DNA of 64,000 bases from assembly GCA_964016885.1 (NCBI GenBank), contig OZ024741.1, positions 177,010,001 through 177,074,000 on the forward strand, read 5' to 3'. The DNA is from Eledone cirrhosa (lineage: Eukaryota). Below the pieces are notes generated by a model. It was not told the origin of the DNA. It saw only the letters and a list, made by a program, of their open reading frames with translations, and did no database searches. Of this stretch, positions 26,485 through 41,400 are shown piece after piece. The translations under genes were made by a program, and so were the position numbers. Every line of letters starts with the position of its first letter. Position 1 is the first letter of the stretch.

Positions 26485-27600
26485 CTAGCTGACGTACCCA
26501 GCTTTGCCCGGGTAAACAGATGATAAGAGAAAACAGGTAAAATTGAAAATAACTGTATTGGATATTTGTCTGGTTACAGTATCAGGCCAGTCCGTGGTGT
26601 GATACAGAAAACAGTAAAAAATAATCTTCCAGATATACCAGATTCTTCGCTGTACCGTTTGTGCATAGTATATAAACAATTCTAGGTGCTCCCACCTAGA
26701 ATAGTGACCTCTAGGAGATGGTTAATCTTCTGCCTGACTGTAAAACGTGTATCATAGAATAGACGTGGTTATTCCAGGTTTCTTAAAAAGGATGATGCAA
26801 GTTCCAATCTTTTATATTATATGTAGATATAGATATAGATAATTAATATAAAAGATTATGCTCAGCCAGTTCATCTTCAACCGTCGAAGCACGCCGTCTC
26901 TGCTTGCCTCCAGTGTTTCGTTGGCGTTGTTAAACCAGCTCTTCTTCATTCATGGCGGCACGTCTTCGCCTCTGAAGTTCAGCGTTCCAATGGCGCTGTT
27001 CGGCCCGTTGTTCTTCATTCCTGGTTGCACGCCGTCGCCGCTGTAGTTCCCTGTTTGATAACGTCGAATTGCTTTTATTATCAGTATTTATTTCGAGAAA
27101 TTGTCAAAAAATGAAACAATAATAAATATAAATGATGTCCGTCAATGTAAAAAAATGTCCCTGTTTACTCCCTTCACAACTCTGTGTATGTTAGACTGAC
27201 AGACATATAAACTGCGTGGCGATTGTGGAACGCCCCACGTACACACATATACAGGCATGGAAACGCGCACACGCACGCAAACTTACACACGAACTCGTGC
27301 ACATACACACACTTACACACTCACACATGTTGATAGTTTTTACTTTCTTTGGAACGCTGCACGCACGCACAAACACATAAACATACGCGCACGTACATAC
27401 ACACGCACACATGGTAATAGTTACAGCGTTCTCTTTGCCGCTGTTTCTTATTCTCCCCTCTCACTCCCTCATTGGCATTATGCGTAATAATTTAAATTTG
27501 GCGTCGTTGAGGTGAGCGGAGTGGTTTGAAACTTATGAACCAATGGTAATCTAGAATTATGACACACCGAATACTGACGTTCTTGAAATTAATAAATAGA
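26485..27600 (-). mobile_element. Helitron array unit 3 (internally truncated)
   Basis: 5' TC at 27600, N-terminal repeat fragment, 3' hairpin cccgggcaaagctggg + CTAG|T at 26485. Confidence 0.9.
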
Positions 27601-30600
27601 CTAGCAGACGTACCCAGCTTCGCCCGGGTAAACAGATGATAAGAGAAAACAGGTAAAAGAGAAAATGACTGTATTGGATGTTTATCTAGTTGCAGTATGA
27701 GGCGAGTCCGTGGTGTCTGTGTGATACCAAAAACAGTAAAACAATCTTCCAGATATACCAGATTCTTTGGTGTACTGCTTGTGCATAGTATATGAACAAT
27801 TCTAGGTGCTCCCGCCTAGAATAGTGACCTCTGGGAGATGGTTCATCTTCTGCCTAACTGTAAAACGTTTATCATTACATAGACGTATTTACTTGAAATG
27901 GTTTATACAAATGCCAAATTAATATGGATATGGATAACATGCTTATCTATAAGTGGTCAGCTATAAAAATAAAACAACAAATTATATGACAAACAATTAT
28001 TCAGTAATTTCCAGGTTCTTAGCCACTGAGTAATAGACAGTCAATGTTGCCCAGAGTTCAACTCACGGAGGTCGCCTGGTTTGAACTCCAAATGGCGGAT
28101 CCTTCTACTTCGAACATAGAATCGTTTTTCAATATTTCTCTAGCCCTGGCCGGCCATAGGCACCAAACTTTTTGCCAGACTCAGCAAATGATGAGGTTTT
28201 ATTACCACCGCTATCAGAAGCGATAAATTTGAAGGCAATTTCTATCAATACTTGGTGGATTTTATTGCTCATTATAGACAATAAATGATATTGAACAGAA
28301 ATGAATACTGATCAAAGGACACCAATATCTGAATCATTTACGTCGAATATTCATAGCAGTGAAGGCAATTTCTACCAATACGTGTTGGTATTATTGCGCA
28401 ACATAGCAGTGAAACCAATTTTTACCAATACTTGTTTGTTTTTATTGCTCATAACGATATTAAATGACATTGAACATAAATGATAAATCTGTCAAAGCTC
28501 ACAATCCTGAACAAAAGACACCAATGTCCGAATCATTTACGTCGCTTTTTGATAGCATTAAATATATGCATACATCAACCCAAAGCTTCATTATAGACAA
28601 TATTCAGGGTTGTTCCCCTGTTAGTGGTATCAATTGCAAATGTTATACCATCAGAATCGCACACTCGAGATGCAGCAACATACAGTTGCCCATGGCTGAA
28701 TGCTGGATCATTCAAGTAGACACCGACTCGCTTGAAAGTCTGTCCCTTTGCCTTGTTGACAGTGATGGAGAAGGCCAAATTGACGGTAAACTGTCTCCTT
28801 TGCCAAATGAATGGCAGCATAACTTCACTTGGTCTCAGCATGATCCACGGAATGAGAACCGATTCCTCTCTGCCTGTGAGTTTAGCTTCTAAAACTCTTC
28901 CGTTAATCAATCTCTCAACAATCAATCTGGTACCATTGCAAATATCCATTTTATGATTGAGATTTCTAAGAAATATAATCGGCATACCCTTTTTCAACCT
29001 TAAAATATGTGGGGGAAATCCGGGTATTTGAAGTGAATTCTGATATTCAGTCGGAACATCCATATTGTTCTGCTGATTAGGCTCCATTGCATCCGCACTG
29101 ACGGTCAACCATTCCTCTCCAGGAAACATTCCGGCTACATGTGAATTTATTTCATCGACCGTTGCATTCGTATGAGTTAGAATAACGCTTTCCGATATCC
29201 AGGAAATATTCTGCCAAAAAGCATTCAAATTAGGGAACACCCAGTAAATCAATGATTGGCGGTCCAGTGGCATGACCAAATGGTCTGGGATTCTTACAGT
29301 CTGATAATCACCAACGTGTGGCAATTCATGGTTTCCCAACTGCATCAAACATCGGCCGTGTCACAGCCTCTTCGTTTTGCCCGAACATACGAAGTCGCAT
29401 ATTATTGTGTAATCGCAAAACTCTGAAATGGCGCCACATCGGGACTTTTTCAGACATGCATCGACAATTTGCACTCTTTGAGCATTCCTAACAATTGGTA
29501 GCACCTGTCTGAAATCGCCACCAAGAACGATTGTCTTACCACCGAATGGCAGGTCACTACCGCAGATATCTCTCAAAGTTCTGTCCAATGCCTCCAGCAA
29601 ATATCTGTGTGCCATTGGAGCCTCGTCCCAAATAATCAGAGACCTATTGCGTATAAGGCCCGCCAGTTCACTTTGTTCTGTAATGTTACAGACGCTCAAC
29701 TCATCCGGAGCCAATGGAGTCTTGAAGCATGAGTGGAAGGTCCTTCCACCACTCAGCAAAGTGACAGCGACCCCACTGGTGGCCACAGAGAGAACGATCT
29801 TCTTCTGAGCTCTGACTGCCGATAACATAGTGCTGAAACAGAATGTCTTTCCGGTGCCTCCTGGAGCATCTATGAAAGCACAAATTTGCTCATTACTGGA
29901 AATCGAGTGGAGAACGCCATCGACCAATTCTCTCTGAGATTTGGTCAACATTGGGATACGTTGATCCTCAATACATTGCTGTTCCAGTGGATCAAACTGG
30001 AATAGTTCCTTCTGATCGAGTGGCAACTGTCTAAGCTGCAATCTCACGTTCAATAATAAGACACGTTGCCGCATTTCTTCATCAGGGATTGGCAAATTGA
30101 AATCTGTTAAACATTTGAAATGAACTTCAAGCAGTTGCTCAATATTGAGCAAAACAATAGCTTTTATCAAATTTTCATCATCGACCTGAATATGATGCCT
30201 AAAATCATCAGCCTTAATTCCCCAATGGCGTTCAAATAACGTTCTTGGATCGGCAGGATTGCAGAATCCTAGAATCGTGACAAACAACTGCCTTATTTGA
30301 GCTGGCATCTGTGTTGTTACTGCAGCTTCCATGGCGTTATTCCATTCAGCGTCATTCTGAAGGAGTCCCAGATGCTGACACACAGCTTGGTATCTTTCAT
30401 ATTCCACGCCATTGATTGTTTTCAAATCAGCGAAGCTCTGTTTACCTCTCGAAAAATCATTATGCAACAGAATTCGGAGATAAAACACATCACCAGATGC
30501 TGGATGGACATTACAAACCCGTCCAATAGTCATGAATCTCAACTTTTGTTTTCTATCATTCCATTTCTTTCGCTTCTTTTCCCACGGATAGTGCGAAGGG

Positions 30601-33600
30601 AAATCGCAGTAGAGATGCCTTTGATCCGTATTCAAAGCATGTTCCCTATTATGCTTGAACCACTCAGTCAATTCCGTCTTAGGAAGTGGTGCGTTAGCAA
30701 TTTTTTCGACACCTCTTCTAGTGTCCTGAAAATAGACCATTTGCCTATTCTCTAAGTGAACCGTCAGTTTCTGAACGCTGGGTTTGCGTTCATTGAGATG
30801 AAAATCGTACAATCTCCAGTAAGCTTCGCTAGATCCAATCGAGCGAACATCCTGGAAGCTGCCAACTTCATCTCCTTGGTTTGCTTCCTCATTCCTGACA
30901 TTGATAATTGCCCGATCATGACCTTTGTAAACATATTGAATAGATATTTGCAAGCTTTCACTGAGCTACACATTTCCACATTAATATGAAAACGATATTT
31001 CATAATCAAATATGGATTGTATGGCACAACCCATTGATTTATTTGTAACCTGTCGACCGTTTACATTTTCGACCAAACCACCATCTGCAGGCGACCGTCT
31101 TCTGTATGAGGGATGAGCATCCCCATCGTTCCAGGAAGTGTTCGTGACAAAAGATTTTGGAAAGTGCTTACTGCATTGGTCATTTTTCATGCAAGGCGCT
31201 TTCCGATTTACCACTCCGCATTGGTTGTGCACCATTGACTTTGCCACCAAGTTGCGTAGTGTCTCATTCTCCGGCATTTCAGCACACACGATGCTGTCGA
31301 CATCCTCAGCACATCTTAATTTGCAATCTCTATGTAAAATGATCATCAAATGTGCATGTGGCAATCCTCTTTTTTGGAATTCAATTACGTATGTAAAAGC
31401 AACTATACCTCCAAAGATTCCCTCTTTTTCCACATCATCTATTATCTTTTTCAGATATCCTTTGAATACTCTTGCCACAATATCAGGTCGGTCCTTTGGC
31501 TGTTATCCTAGCAAAAGTGCAACCTTAATATCAGTCCATTCAGGATTGCAGGTAACCGTTATAAACAAATCTGGCTTTCCAAACTTTCTTACAGTAGCAT
31601 TGCACCCTGATAGCGAATGTTCATATATCTCCGGCCGCCGATGAACGACGATGGCAAAATGATGCGTCGACCAATTTGCTTGTAATTGGCATCATCGGCT
31701 GTTATCGCATCCTGTATATTACTATACAATTTAGCTCTGATATGTTGCTGATGTGTAACTATATAATTTAGCCTTTGATTTTCGATCTTTGTGAATGCCA
31801 TACAACAGTACTCCTGGAACAATCTGCTGGCTTGAAATAGTGCATTTCTCTGTTGATTCCCCTCGTTCAAATGGAACGCATAAAAGTCGCGAATCGAATT
31901 ATTGTGTCTATTGCCACCTCCCTGTTGAAGCTGATTCTCATAATCATCTAAATGAACAGACATCTTCCATCGATTTTCACTTTTGGGAATAAAAGAACAT
32001 AATGCAATGGATCGTATACCCTATATGATTCATTGATAGTCTTGAGACCACCATCTCTGCGATTGAGGACGATATCTCTCGATACAAGCTTGTCGTCCAT
32101 CAACACAGCAACTTCACGAAATCCTTCAGAGGCATTATATCGCTGTTCGTGTTGATTCCTTGTCACTGCGTCAGCCTTAATCACCAATGTCTCCTGCTGA
32201 ACATGTTGCAGTTCAGCCACCAACATGAAATCCATAACATAAGGATTACACTGTCTAAGCCATGATTGCAAATCACGGATCAAATCACTTAACATATGCT
32301 GTTCAAGTTCAGTTATATTTCCAGGCAGTTTCATCCAACCGATCCTGATATCCACCTCCGATTCACTATAATCTGGATCGTTAACGTAAATTTGAGCGAA
32401 TAGAGGCCTTTCTCCTGGGGTAACTTCTAAATTACCGATACAATGATACAAACGGCCTTGAATGATTACATTCGGTTGCCATGCTCCAATCTCACACATC
32501 TCACTAACTCTCTGCGATGCTAAAGCTAATGAATTGTTAATTTTCCGCGAATATTTGCGCAATAATCTACCTCGGTCTCTTTGATCACCCCACATACTTA
32601 TATTTTAAACTCCGGTGACTCCTCATCATCTGACATTCGCAAGGGTTCTAGTTGAACTGCTCCTTTATGACAACACATTGTGGTCCACGTCTTTTCGTTC
32701 CTCCAAAGCAATGCTCCACAATGTGGACACTCTGCTCGTCCACCAATCTGAAAATGACACGGTGGCCATGATCCATTTTTAATACCATTCGTTCGCCTTC
32801 TAGCCTCTTCACTGGAATGAGGAGCACTTTGGCGACACATTCTCTGAACTTCTGTATTGCGCTGGCGCTGCTCAGCCAGCTCCTCTTCATACATCGCAGC
32901 ACGCCGTTGCTGCTGAATTCTGGCCATCTGCTGATGATGCTCAGCCAGTTCGTCTTCAACCATCGCAGCACGCCGTCGCCTCTTGGCTCCAGTGTTTCGT
33001 TGGCGTTGGTCAGCCAGCTCCTCTTCATTCATGGCGACACGTCTTCGCCTCTTAAGTTCGGCTTTCCGATGACGCTATTTGGCCCGTTTTTCTTCATTCC
33101 TGGCTGCACGCCGTCGCCGCTGTAGTTCACTGTTTGATAAAGTCGAATTACTTTTATTATCAGTATTCATTTCGAGCAATTGTCAAAAAATGACACAATA
33201 ATAAATATAAAAGATGTTCGGCAATGTAAAGAATGGTCCCTATTTACTCCCTTCAAAACTCTGTGTATGTTAGACTGACAGACAGGCACACATACAGATA
33301 AACTGCGTGGCGATTGTGGAACGCCACACACATACACGCATCGAAACGCGCACACGCACACAAACTTACACACGCACACACTCACAGATGTTGATAGTTT
33401 TTAATTTCTGTGGAACGCTGCACGCACGCACAAACACATAAAAATACGCGCACGTACATACACACGCACACATGTCAATAGTTATTGAACACAGCGTTCA
33501 CACTCCTCTCCCCTCTCACTCCCTCATTAGCATTATGCATATTAATTTCAGTTTGGCGTCCTTGAGGTGGGCAGAGTCGTTTGAAACATATGAACCAATG

Positions 33601-33653
33601 ATAATCGAGAATTATGACACGGAATACTGACGGTCTTCAAATTAATAAATAGA
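27601..33653 (-). mobile_element. Helitron array unit 2 (full length, decayed autonomous element)
   Basis: 5' TC at 33653, RepHel gene, 3' hairpin + CTAG at 27601. Confidence 0.95.
28575..33150 (-). pseudogene. Helitron RepHel (HUH Rep + Pif1-family helicase), multiply frameshifted
   Basis: 23-aa N-terminal repeats, CPHCGA..CC zinc motif, YDPLHYVLLFP, DLFITVTCNPEW, VIEFQKRGLPHAHL, YVYKGHDRA, DAPGGTGKTF, IIWDEAPM, GGDFRQVLP, FSHGQLYVAASRV. Confidence 0.97.
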
Positions 33654-34511
33654 CTAGCTGACGTACCCAGCTTCGCCCAAGTAAACAGATGATAAGAGGA
33701 GACAGGTAAAAGAGAAAATGACTGTATTGGATGTTTGTCTGGTTACAGTATGAGGCGAGTCCGTGGTGTCTGTGTGATACAAAAAACAGTAAAAAGAAAT
33801 CTTCCAGATATACCAAATTCTTCGTTGTACCGTGTATGCATAGTTTATGAACAATTCTAGGTGCTCCCACCTAGAATAGTGACCTCTAGGAGATGGTTCA
33901 TCTGCTGCCTGACTGGAAAACGTTTATCATTACATAGACGTGGTTGTTCCACGTTTCTCAAAAGGATGATGGAAGTTCCAATCTTTTATATTATATATAG
34001 ATATAGATATAGATATTTAATATAAAAGATGATGCTCAGCCAGCTCGTCTTCAACCATCGCAGCGCGCCGTCGCTGCTTGGCTCCAGTGTTTCGTTGGCG
34101 TTGTTCAGCTAGCTCCTCTTCATTCATGGCGGAACGTCTTCGCCTCTCAAGTTCGGCGTTCCGATGGCGCTGTTCGACCCGTTTTTCTTCATTCCTGGCT
34201 GCACGCCGTCGCCGCTGTAATTCACTGTTTGATAAAGTCGAATTGCTTTTACTTTCTTTAGAACGCTGCACGCACGCACACACACATAAACATACGTGCA
34301 CGGACATACACACGCACACATGGTAATAGTTACAGCGTTCACTTTGCCTCTCTGTTTCTTACTCTCCCCTCTCACTCTCTCATTGGCATTATGCATATTA
34401 ATTTCAGTTTGGTGACGTTGAGGTGGGCGGAGTGGTTTGAAACCAATGACCCAATGATAATGGAGAATTATGACACACGGGATACTGACATTGTTGAAAT
34501 TAATATATAGA
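33654..34511 (-). mobile_element. Helitron array unit 1 (internally truncated)
   Basis: A|TC at 34511, same internal junction as unit 3, 3' CTAG at 33654. Confidence 0.9.
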
Positions 34512-35365
34512 TATGCATATGCTAGCAACAGCCATATAATATACATACCTAGTGAGTTTACATAAATTTCTCCGCCCCTTCCCCTAAAAGCGCTATGTGT
34601 TCCATTACATTTTCAAAATAGACGATTTTGAAAGCATTTGTTTCTTGATATAGTGTAAAATCACTTATCTAACATTGAATTTTTAGACTTAGAAGTATTC
34701 CTCTTTAACATATATATACCGTTATCATCATTGCTAACAGACGAAAGTGTTATCTATTGTTTTTATCTTTAGGTCAAGAAATGAATAAGTTCGTAATAGA
34801 ATTACATAAAGTTGCCAATGACAAAATGCTGCTTCAAGTAGTTATATTGCCAATTTCTAGAACGGTTTTCAATAAGATTTATTTATTGATGTACAAAAAT
34901 GTTAAACGTATCGGAAACTAAATGTAAAAGAAAACTCGCATCATTTGGGCAGATTTTGAACCATGAAACAAAAGCCTTTAATCTTGATCATAAATTTTTC
35001 ATAAAATATGCTTGAACGTAGCTATCGTGTGGGTTTGTAGCATCCATTCTTTCTTCGCAGCTTTATCCTTGCTATAAGTTTGATTTACGAAGTCGTATTC
35101 CAGATTATTGCAGTCGCAAAGCGTGTGTCAGGGTGCTGGTCTCATGATCGAAAGGTTATTTAGTTTGCATGAATAGCTATGTGTTGAATATCCGAAATAT
35201 GTACAAGATGGCTTAACATTTATAGCATGTTTTGTCGAGTTTTTTCTTTTACTTTCGTTCTGAAACACCAATTTTACATGGATTACTTGCCTGCTAGTAG
35301 TGGTGCAATACTGTTGCTTTGCACAATGTGATGGCTTATGGCGTTGCAATATATTTAACTTTCAA

Positions 35366-35550
35366 GGGCGGTGGATTGGCAGTATCGGTAGAGGGTCGGA
35401 CGCCATGCTTTCCAGCATAGTTACGTCCCTTTACGATCTGAGTTCAAATCCCGCCGAGGTTGACTTTGCCTTTCATCCTTACGGGGTCGATAAAATAAAG
35501 TACCAGTAATGCACTGAGTAATTGCTGGCCTTGTGCCTAAAGTAGAAACA
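35366..35550 (+). mobile_element. tRNA-derived SINE, full length
   Basis: A/B-box-like head, MetaSINE-like core, 18-bp TSD aatatatttaactttcaa at 35348-35365 and 35551-35568. Confidence 0.93.
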
Positions 35551-37260
35551 AATATATTTAACTTTCAAACGGTTTCCTATTCTGCCACAAACAAGCAGAG
35601 TTAGATGGTTTTTCTTCATACTTGAAATGAGGGGGAATGGCAGAATCATTAACGGGTCGGATTAAATAACTCGTCGGATTGTTTATCGGATCTCTCTGAT
35701 GCGAGTTTAAATCTTGATGGGGTCTACTTCATCTGTCTGGTTTCAAGGGGCAGAATACCCGTACAGAGCATTGGATTGTCTCGTTTTAAAAGCATCCAAT
35801 ATGATACACTTTCGGCCCGTTACTTTTTATAGCTACCAATGACTTCATTAATGTTAGGATGTAGTACACTTTGCCTATCATCTCGACAACATTGGTGACA
35901 GGAAAAACATTTCCTAGCATGGGTGACTGCTGGTCTTCCACAACAAACGCTTGCATGCTGGAGAATCTGTGGTGTCAGAAGTATTATGTAGATGGAAATG
36001 GACAGAATGATTTAATTTACATATGGTCAAACTCAATAGATTTACTAATAATGTTTGAATTCATGGTCATGTGTTCACGTGAATATCAACCTTATCATGC
36101 AAGCATCGTGATTTCTTTTATCTGTTGAGAGTGAACTGGAATATGGAGAGCAAATTTAAACTAGTTTTTCCTTGCTATAGTTGCCTATCTCTGCGCAACT
36201 TTGGATTGACTTCTAGTTTGTGCATGGTATTTTAACATTATTTATAACAGTATTTGTCCTGTTTCTAATGTAAGACATACAATTTGACTCTTTAAGTTGG
36301 AAAGAAATTTGTTAAGCGTAATCTAATTATGACACCGAGAAAGTTGTGTAAATCATTGATTGGTTAGTTATAATAGCTGGGTTTGTGGTCTTCCTTTATA
36401 ATTTACACTAATATATTTTATTCGATAACCAGCTTAACTATATATGCCTGGAATAGTATAGAAGACTTAAAAGAAATTCTCTTCCATGTAATGGTGATCG
36501 AAAATAAAATAATAGAGACAAGCATATATTTGTATCCGAGAAGAAACTGCAGATGATAAGGAAGTTATCTCAAACTTACTAAGCAAATTTACTAAGTCGA
36601 TGTCAGAATTGTAACAACGTATGACAAATGTCTGTTCGTTCTTTCTGCTCTTGTTATCTTTGTTTCACAGTTTGGAAATTCTCGATGACTATATTACATG
36701 GCAAACACATGTTTAGAGCCTTTGTCTTTCTCTCCCTGACATTATCGGGATCAACTCCACTTTACAAAGAGGAAAATCCGGGGTACCCACCTCAAATGTC
36801 AACCATTCCATTCACCATAAATAATATTTTAATCAAACACAGGTGTGGATTCATTTCTATTTCTCTCTATTATTCACCCAGTGTCCGTTACGTGGTACAG
36901 TTAGTGGATCATGAGCGACCATATTAAGCGATAACAAAAGCTTTACATCTGCGAGGATACAAAAATGTTAATATAAATAATTTGAGAATATGGTGGGCCT
37001 ATAGGGTACAATGTAATGTATGTCTCAGAATATGTAAAAAATAGTTAAAAAATAAAATGTTTCATTTAGTGCATTCTTTATTAATATGCAAATGAAAGTA
37101 TAGTGGAGAAATGTCGAAAATAGTTATCAAATAGTAAGTCATCTTTATTACTAGTTAATATTTGGTACACTAGAATAATGTCAACAAAAAAAACAACATA
37201 TTGGTAAGGTGTCAAAAAGGTGTGATTAATGAGATTTTGCCAAATAGTGCTGACATATAC

Positions 37261-37294
<34 letters not shown>

Positions 37295-37312
37295 TAATAC
37301 ATACACACACGC

Positions 37313-37343
<31 letters not shown>

Positions 37344-37845
37344 ATGTGTAGCTGTGTGCTTGTGTGTATGATCGTCTGTGGGTGTGTCTGTCTGTGTGTA
37401 TGAGTGTATGTGTGTGTGTGCGAGGGTATGTGTATGTGTGTGTGTGTGCGTGTGAGTGCGTGTGTGTGTGTGTGTATGTGTGTATGTGTGCGTGTGTACA
37501 TATGCGCCCACACATTTTTAGTATCATTCGCGTGATATATCATCTTTCTTTTCTGAAAGTTGTGCAGAATACATTACTTCTTTTTTTACTTTCGGTGGAG
37601 AAGTAATGATTTATTGTTTAATGTAAAATCTGAGGTGAAAGTTCGAATCCCCTTACAATTTACTATTCTCAATTGTATTTACGAAAATGATTTTTTTCGT
37701 CGTCTGTATTAATCTTCATATATTATCTAATAATGTAAATAATAGACAAGATGTTCAAATATAGTTAAAAGATAAGTGCTGTATAACATCCTATCATATT
37801 GCTTTCTTTCCATTTGATCTGCAGACGTACTTTACGACCCCCCCC

Positions 37846-37912
<67 letters not shown>

Positions 37913-38383
37913 GAACGAATGCGTTGTCTGTCAAGGAGAAAATGATATTTAAAAATTGAGCAGATTGCAAAATAAGTAACATTAGAAATAAAGTATTTTA
38001 ATGGATTTATTTACAACAAACCGCAACAACAACACCAGCTTCGACCTCAACAACAACAAAAGTTAAATATAAAAGGCAACCTCAATTACAGTTTGAAAAA
38101 TTGTTTTCTTCACATTTCTAATTGTAGGTTTTGTGTAGAAGAATGATATCTTAATGGATGGAAATGGATGTTATGGTCTTTTAGTTTTTTCACTGTCAAA
38201 TTCATCTTTCTATTTAGTTTAATTACGGAAACGAATCATTTTCTTAATGTTTATAACAATAAGCCAATCACAAATAAATCATCAAATCTCTCTCTGTTCA
38301 TTCATCCCCCATCTCTCATTCAACAAACGCACAAATATATATATAAGAATCACATTCACACAATCAAACGCGCGCGTACACAT

Positions 38384-38437
<54 letters not shown>

Positions 38438-41400
38438 ATTACGTTATTATTTCCCATTCAATCATCAAAATATATAAATTGATGTGTAACTATAATTTGG
38501 TATCTGTCACTCTTTGACCTACATGATAAATCTTCAGAATTATTTTGGAGATGTTTGATTTTTGTTCGTATTCTTTCTGTTACATCTGCTTGAAATTTTA
38601 AACTAATAAAACTAATAGACATTTTGTTTTTCGTCTTTGAATTGTTATTACTATGTTTAGTTATAGGATTTACCCTCTAGCACAGGCGAGACCAGACTAC
38701 AGTCCACTACGCTGCGAAATGAATATTTTATGATATCGTTACGACTATTTTACCACTGCAACATATAAAAGCGTAAACTAGAATAAAAATGAGAAAATTA
38801 ATTTATTTTTAACTTTGTCTAAAGAAAAAATAGCTTAATATCGAGACAGATGTTATATTATTTAATATCCCCAAATCCTTTGCTAACATATCTGGATATA
38901 AAAGGCTGTGCTTTTGATTAAGCACAATTGTTAACATTTTTATTAAAATGAAAAACACAAAATATATCATTGAAGCTGCATGTGTCGAATTCACAAATTA
39001 AAAATTTAAAGATCATTTGGGTAATTATTTTAATCCACTTTCTTTCAATTCTTGTTTTCCTTATTTCTGCATGTCTTTGTTCTTGTGTGTGTGTGTTTGG
39101 GGGAACAGAACACTAAAAACTAAATCGATTTCTAACTGTAATTCCACCTTATCACACATTTCGTCACTCTAGATCTCCCTAAGAACTAGATTAAGGATAG
39201 ACGTGTCTGTGTACTTCTCAGTCAAATTCCCATTAATTATTTCCGTTCATTGAAACAACCCTAGCATGCGTTGTCGGCACCGACGAAGTTCAGCATCATA
39301 TTTCAGCATAGCGTTGATAAACGATAATCATTTTTCAAACTAAATATAATTATTTGAACCTCTCTCATAAAGCACTTTAAATCTGCAATATTTAAACTAA
39401 CATACTCCACAGAAAATCATAATAAATACTATGAAATTTATATTAATCTTTATATATCCAATTAAGATTTTGTATTGGTTGAGTGACTTTTAAGAATTCA
39501 CTTGCCAGCTTCCATATTATTGGTATGCCTATTTACGCTACACTGTTTTGGACTACGCAATAATGTCAAAGACACATACAATATTAAAGAACAAAGAATT
39601 CATATTCTATCTAACGTACACAAGTAATTTTTAATGTAGATGTTCTAAAATTCCAATTACTTTTTCTTATTGGAATTATCACACTTCTACGTTGGATTAG
39701 GCTTCAATTCGGAACACATTTCGGGGGAAATTTCACTTCTACTTATATATCAAATTTTTTCACACATTATATTGCATAATATATATGCGAGATCAACGTA
39801 TTAATTTTATTCACGTCTGAAACATTTATAACTGGACAAATACATTTAGCTCCTATTACATATACAAACTTAGTAAATATCCCACGCAGTTTCTCTTTAC
39901 AGTCCTTCACATGTATATGGTCGTTGTAATTACCAAATACCCGTGATGTCAGTGAGCATTTGATTTCTACAGATATATGTATGGAAAGAAACCAACTATT
40001 ATGAATACACGAATGTTTACGTGGTTGATCTCAATGCTAGAATTAACAGACCCGCTATGTTTTCCTTAAATTACACCAATAGTCTCTTCAACAAGCAGGA
40101 ATTTTAGATTACATTCAGTAAGGTCGTATTTCATAGTAGAGGCTTGTGTAGAAGACTGTTCATAGCTGCAACACTTTTAATCATAGATCTCCTTAATCAT
40201 TACTGACCAACAACAACACAATTTATGTAAATGTAATATCATATTCGCAGGGCATTCTAGTGATACAGACAGAAATCAAATGTACATCTTTTAATATTAA
40301 TGTTGTTTTATCGTATATCAACAGATCTATTGGAAGTATGATATAATGCGTTTCAATTATGGTCATCTCGTATTTCTAAGTTTATGTAATATGTCCTTTT
40401 GTTATTTCAAAAAATATGGCGTCATTCATGGTAGTATCTGTCTACTATTTGTTGCAGATCATGAGATCAGGAAGTGAGGATTTCGTATCTTGTCCAAGGG
40501 AAGCAGCATATTTCATTTAAATAAAGACCGGCATGGATCGAGCGGACCAATAAGCAAAACAGACAGCCTTAATGAATCCATCGGTTTTTAGCCATTAGGT
40601 ATTTACGCCTGCCTTCTTTCTTGGTTTTTCTTATGGCGGTGTATTGTAATTTGATGGAGATATTATTTGACAAAATATGTTCTAGCCCTAAACATCTCAT
40701 TTAAAAAAAAATGCAAGTGTAAGTATATCTTCGTCTGCGTTATCCGATATACCCTTTACTTCCATTTCGGATGCTGGAAGGTTCGAATTTCAGTGATGAA
40801 GATTCTTACTACTATTTATAGCATAACAAATGATCAGGTAGAAGATTACTCGAATAGAAATGAATAGATCAATGGAGACCTATAATTTATTGCCACTAAA
40901 AATAAATGATCAGTTCATTGACAACATAAACACTAAATAGATTAATGTTTTTCATGTGGATGGCGTCTGTGATTAATTTTTTACAGTTATGTATTTCGTT
41001 TCAGAAACAGGCTAATTTTGCACACCTACCTATTCATCTACAACATCATACATCTATTTAATGATACAGGAACCTCTACTCCGACAAGGCTATGTTTTCT
41101 TGAGTCGATCAAATAAGACCAAAAGACGTCCTCGGTTGTCTTCTCTCATTGTTCGAATAATCAAAATAATATTAGCATTTGCCTTTACCTCACTTATATA
41201 TATATCTGAAAAGGGAAGTAAGGTTCTATATAAAACAGTGGTTATAGAGTAAAGGTGAGATTGGAAATAACACTGAAAATATATTTAAGGGTCTGTTTTT
41301 CTTTCTTTATTCCTTTTCTTTGATTCGTCAAAAGGGCATTATTGAAAAATGAGAGGGACAAATCTTTTAAAAAAAACGTTTTATAATGTATATAAAGAAT

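Noticed and set aside
34240-34262. Apparent intron loss in Helitron unit 1 (~245 bp missing, with GT...AG nearby)
   Set aside because: The junction retains GTAAAAG, which fits a TAAAA microhomology deletion rather than splicing.
35366-35455. tRNA gene
   Set aside because: It is the tRNA-derived head of a multi-copy SINE bounded by TSDs.
40441-40605. Exon-like segment (ttttgttgcag...ag|gtattt)
   Set aside because: Stops occur in all three frames; a non-coding exon cannot be judged without RNA data.
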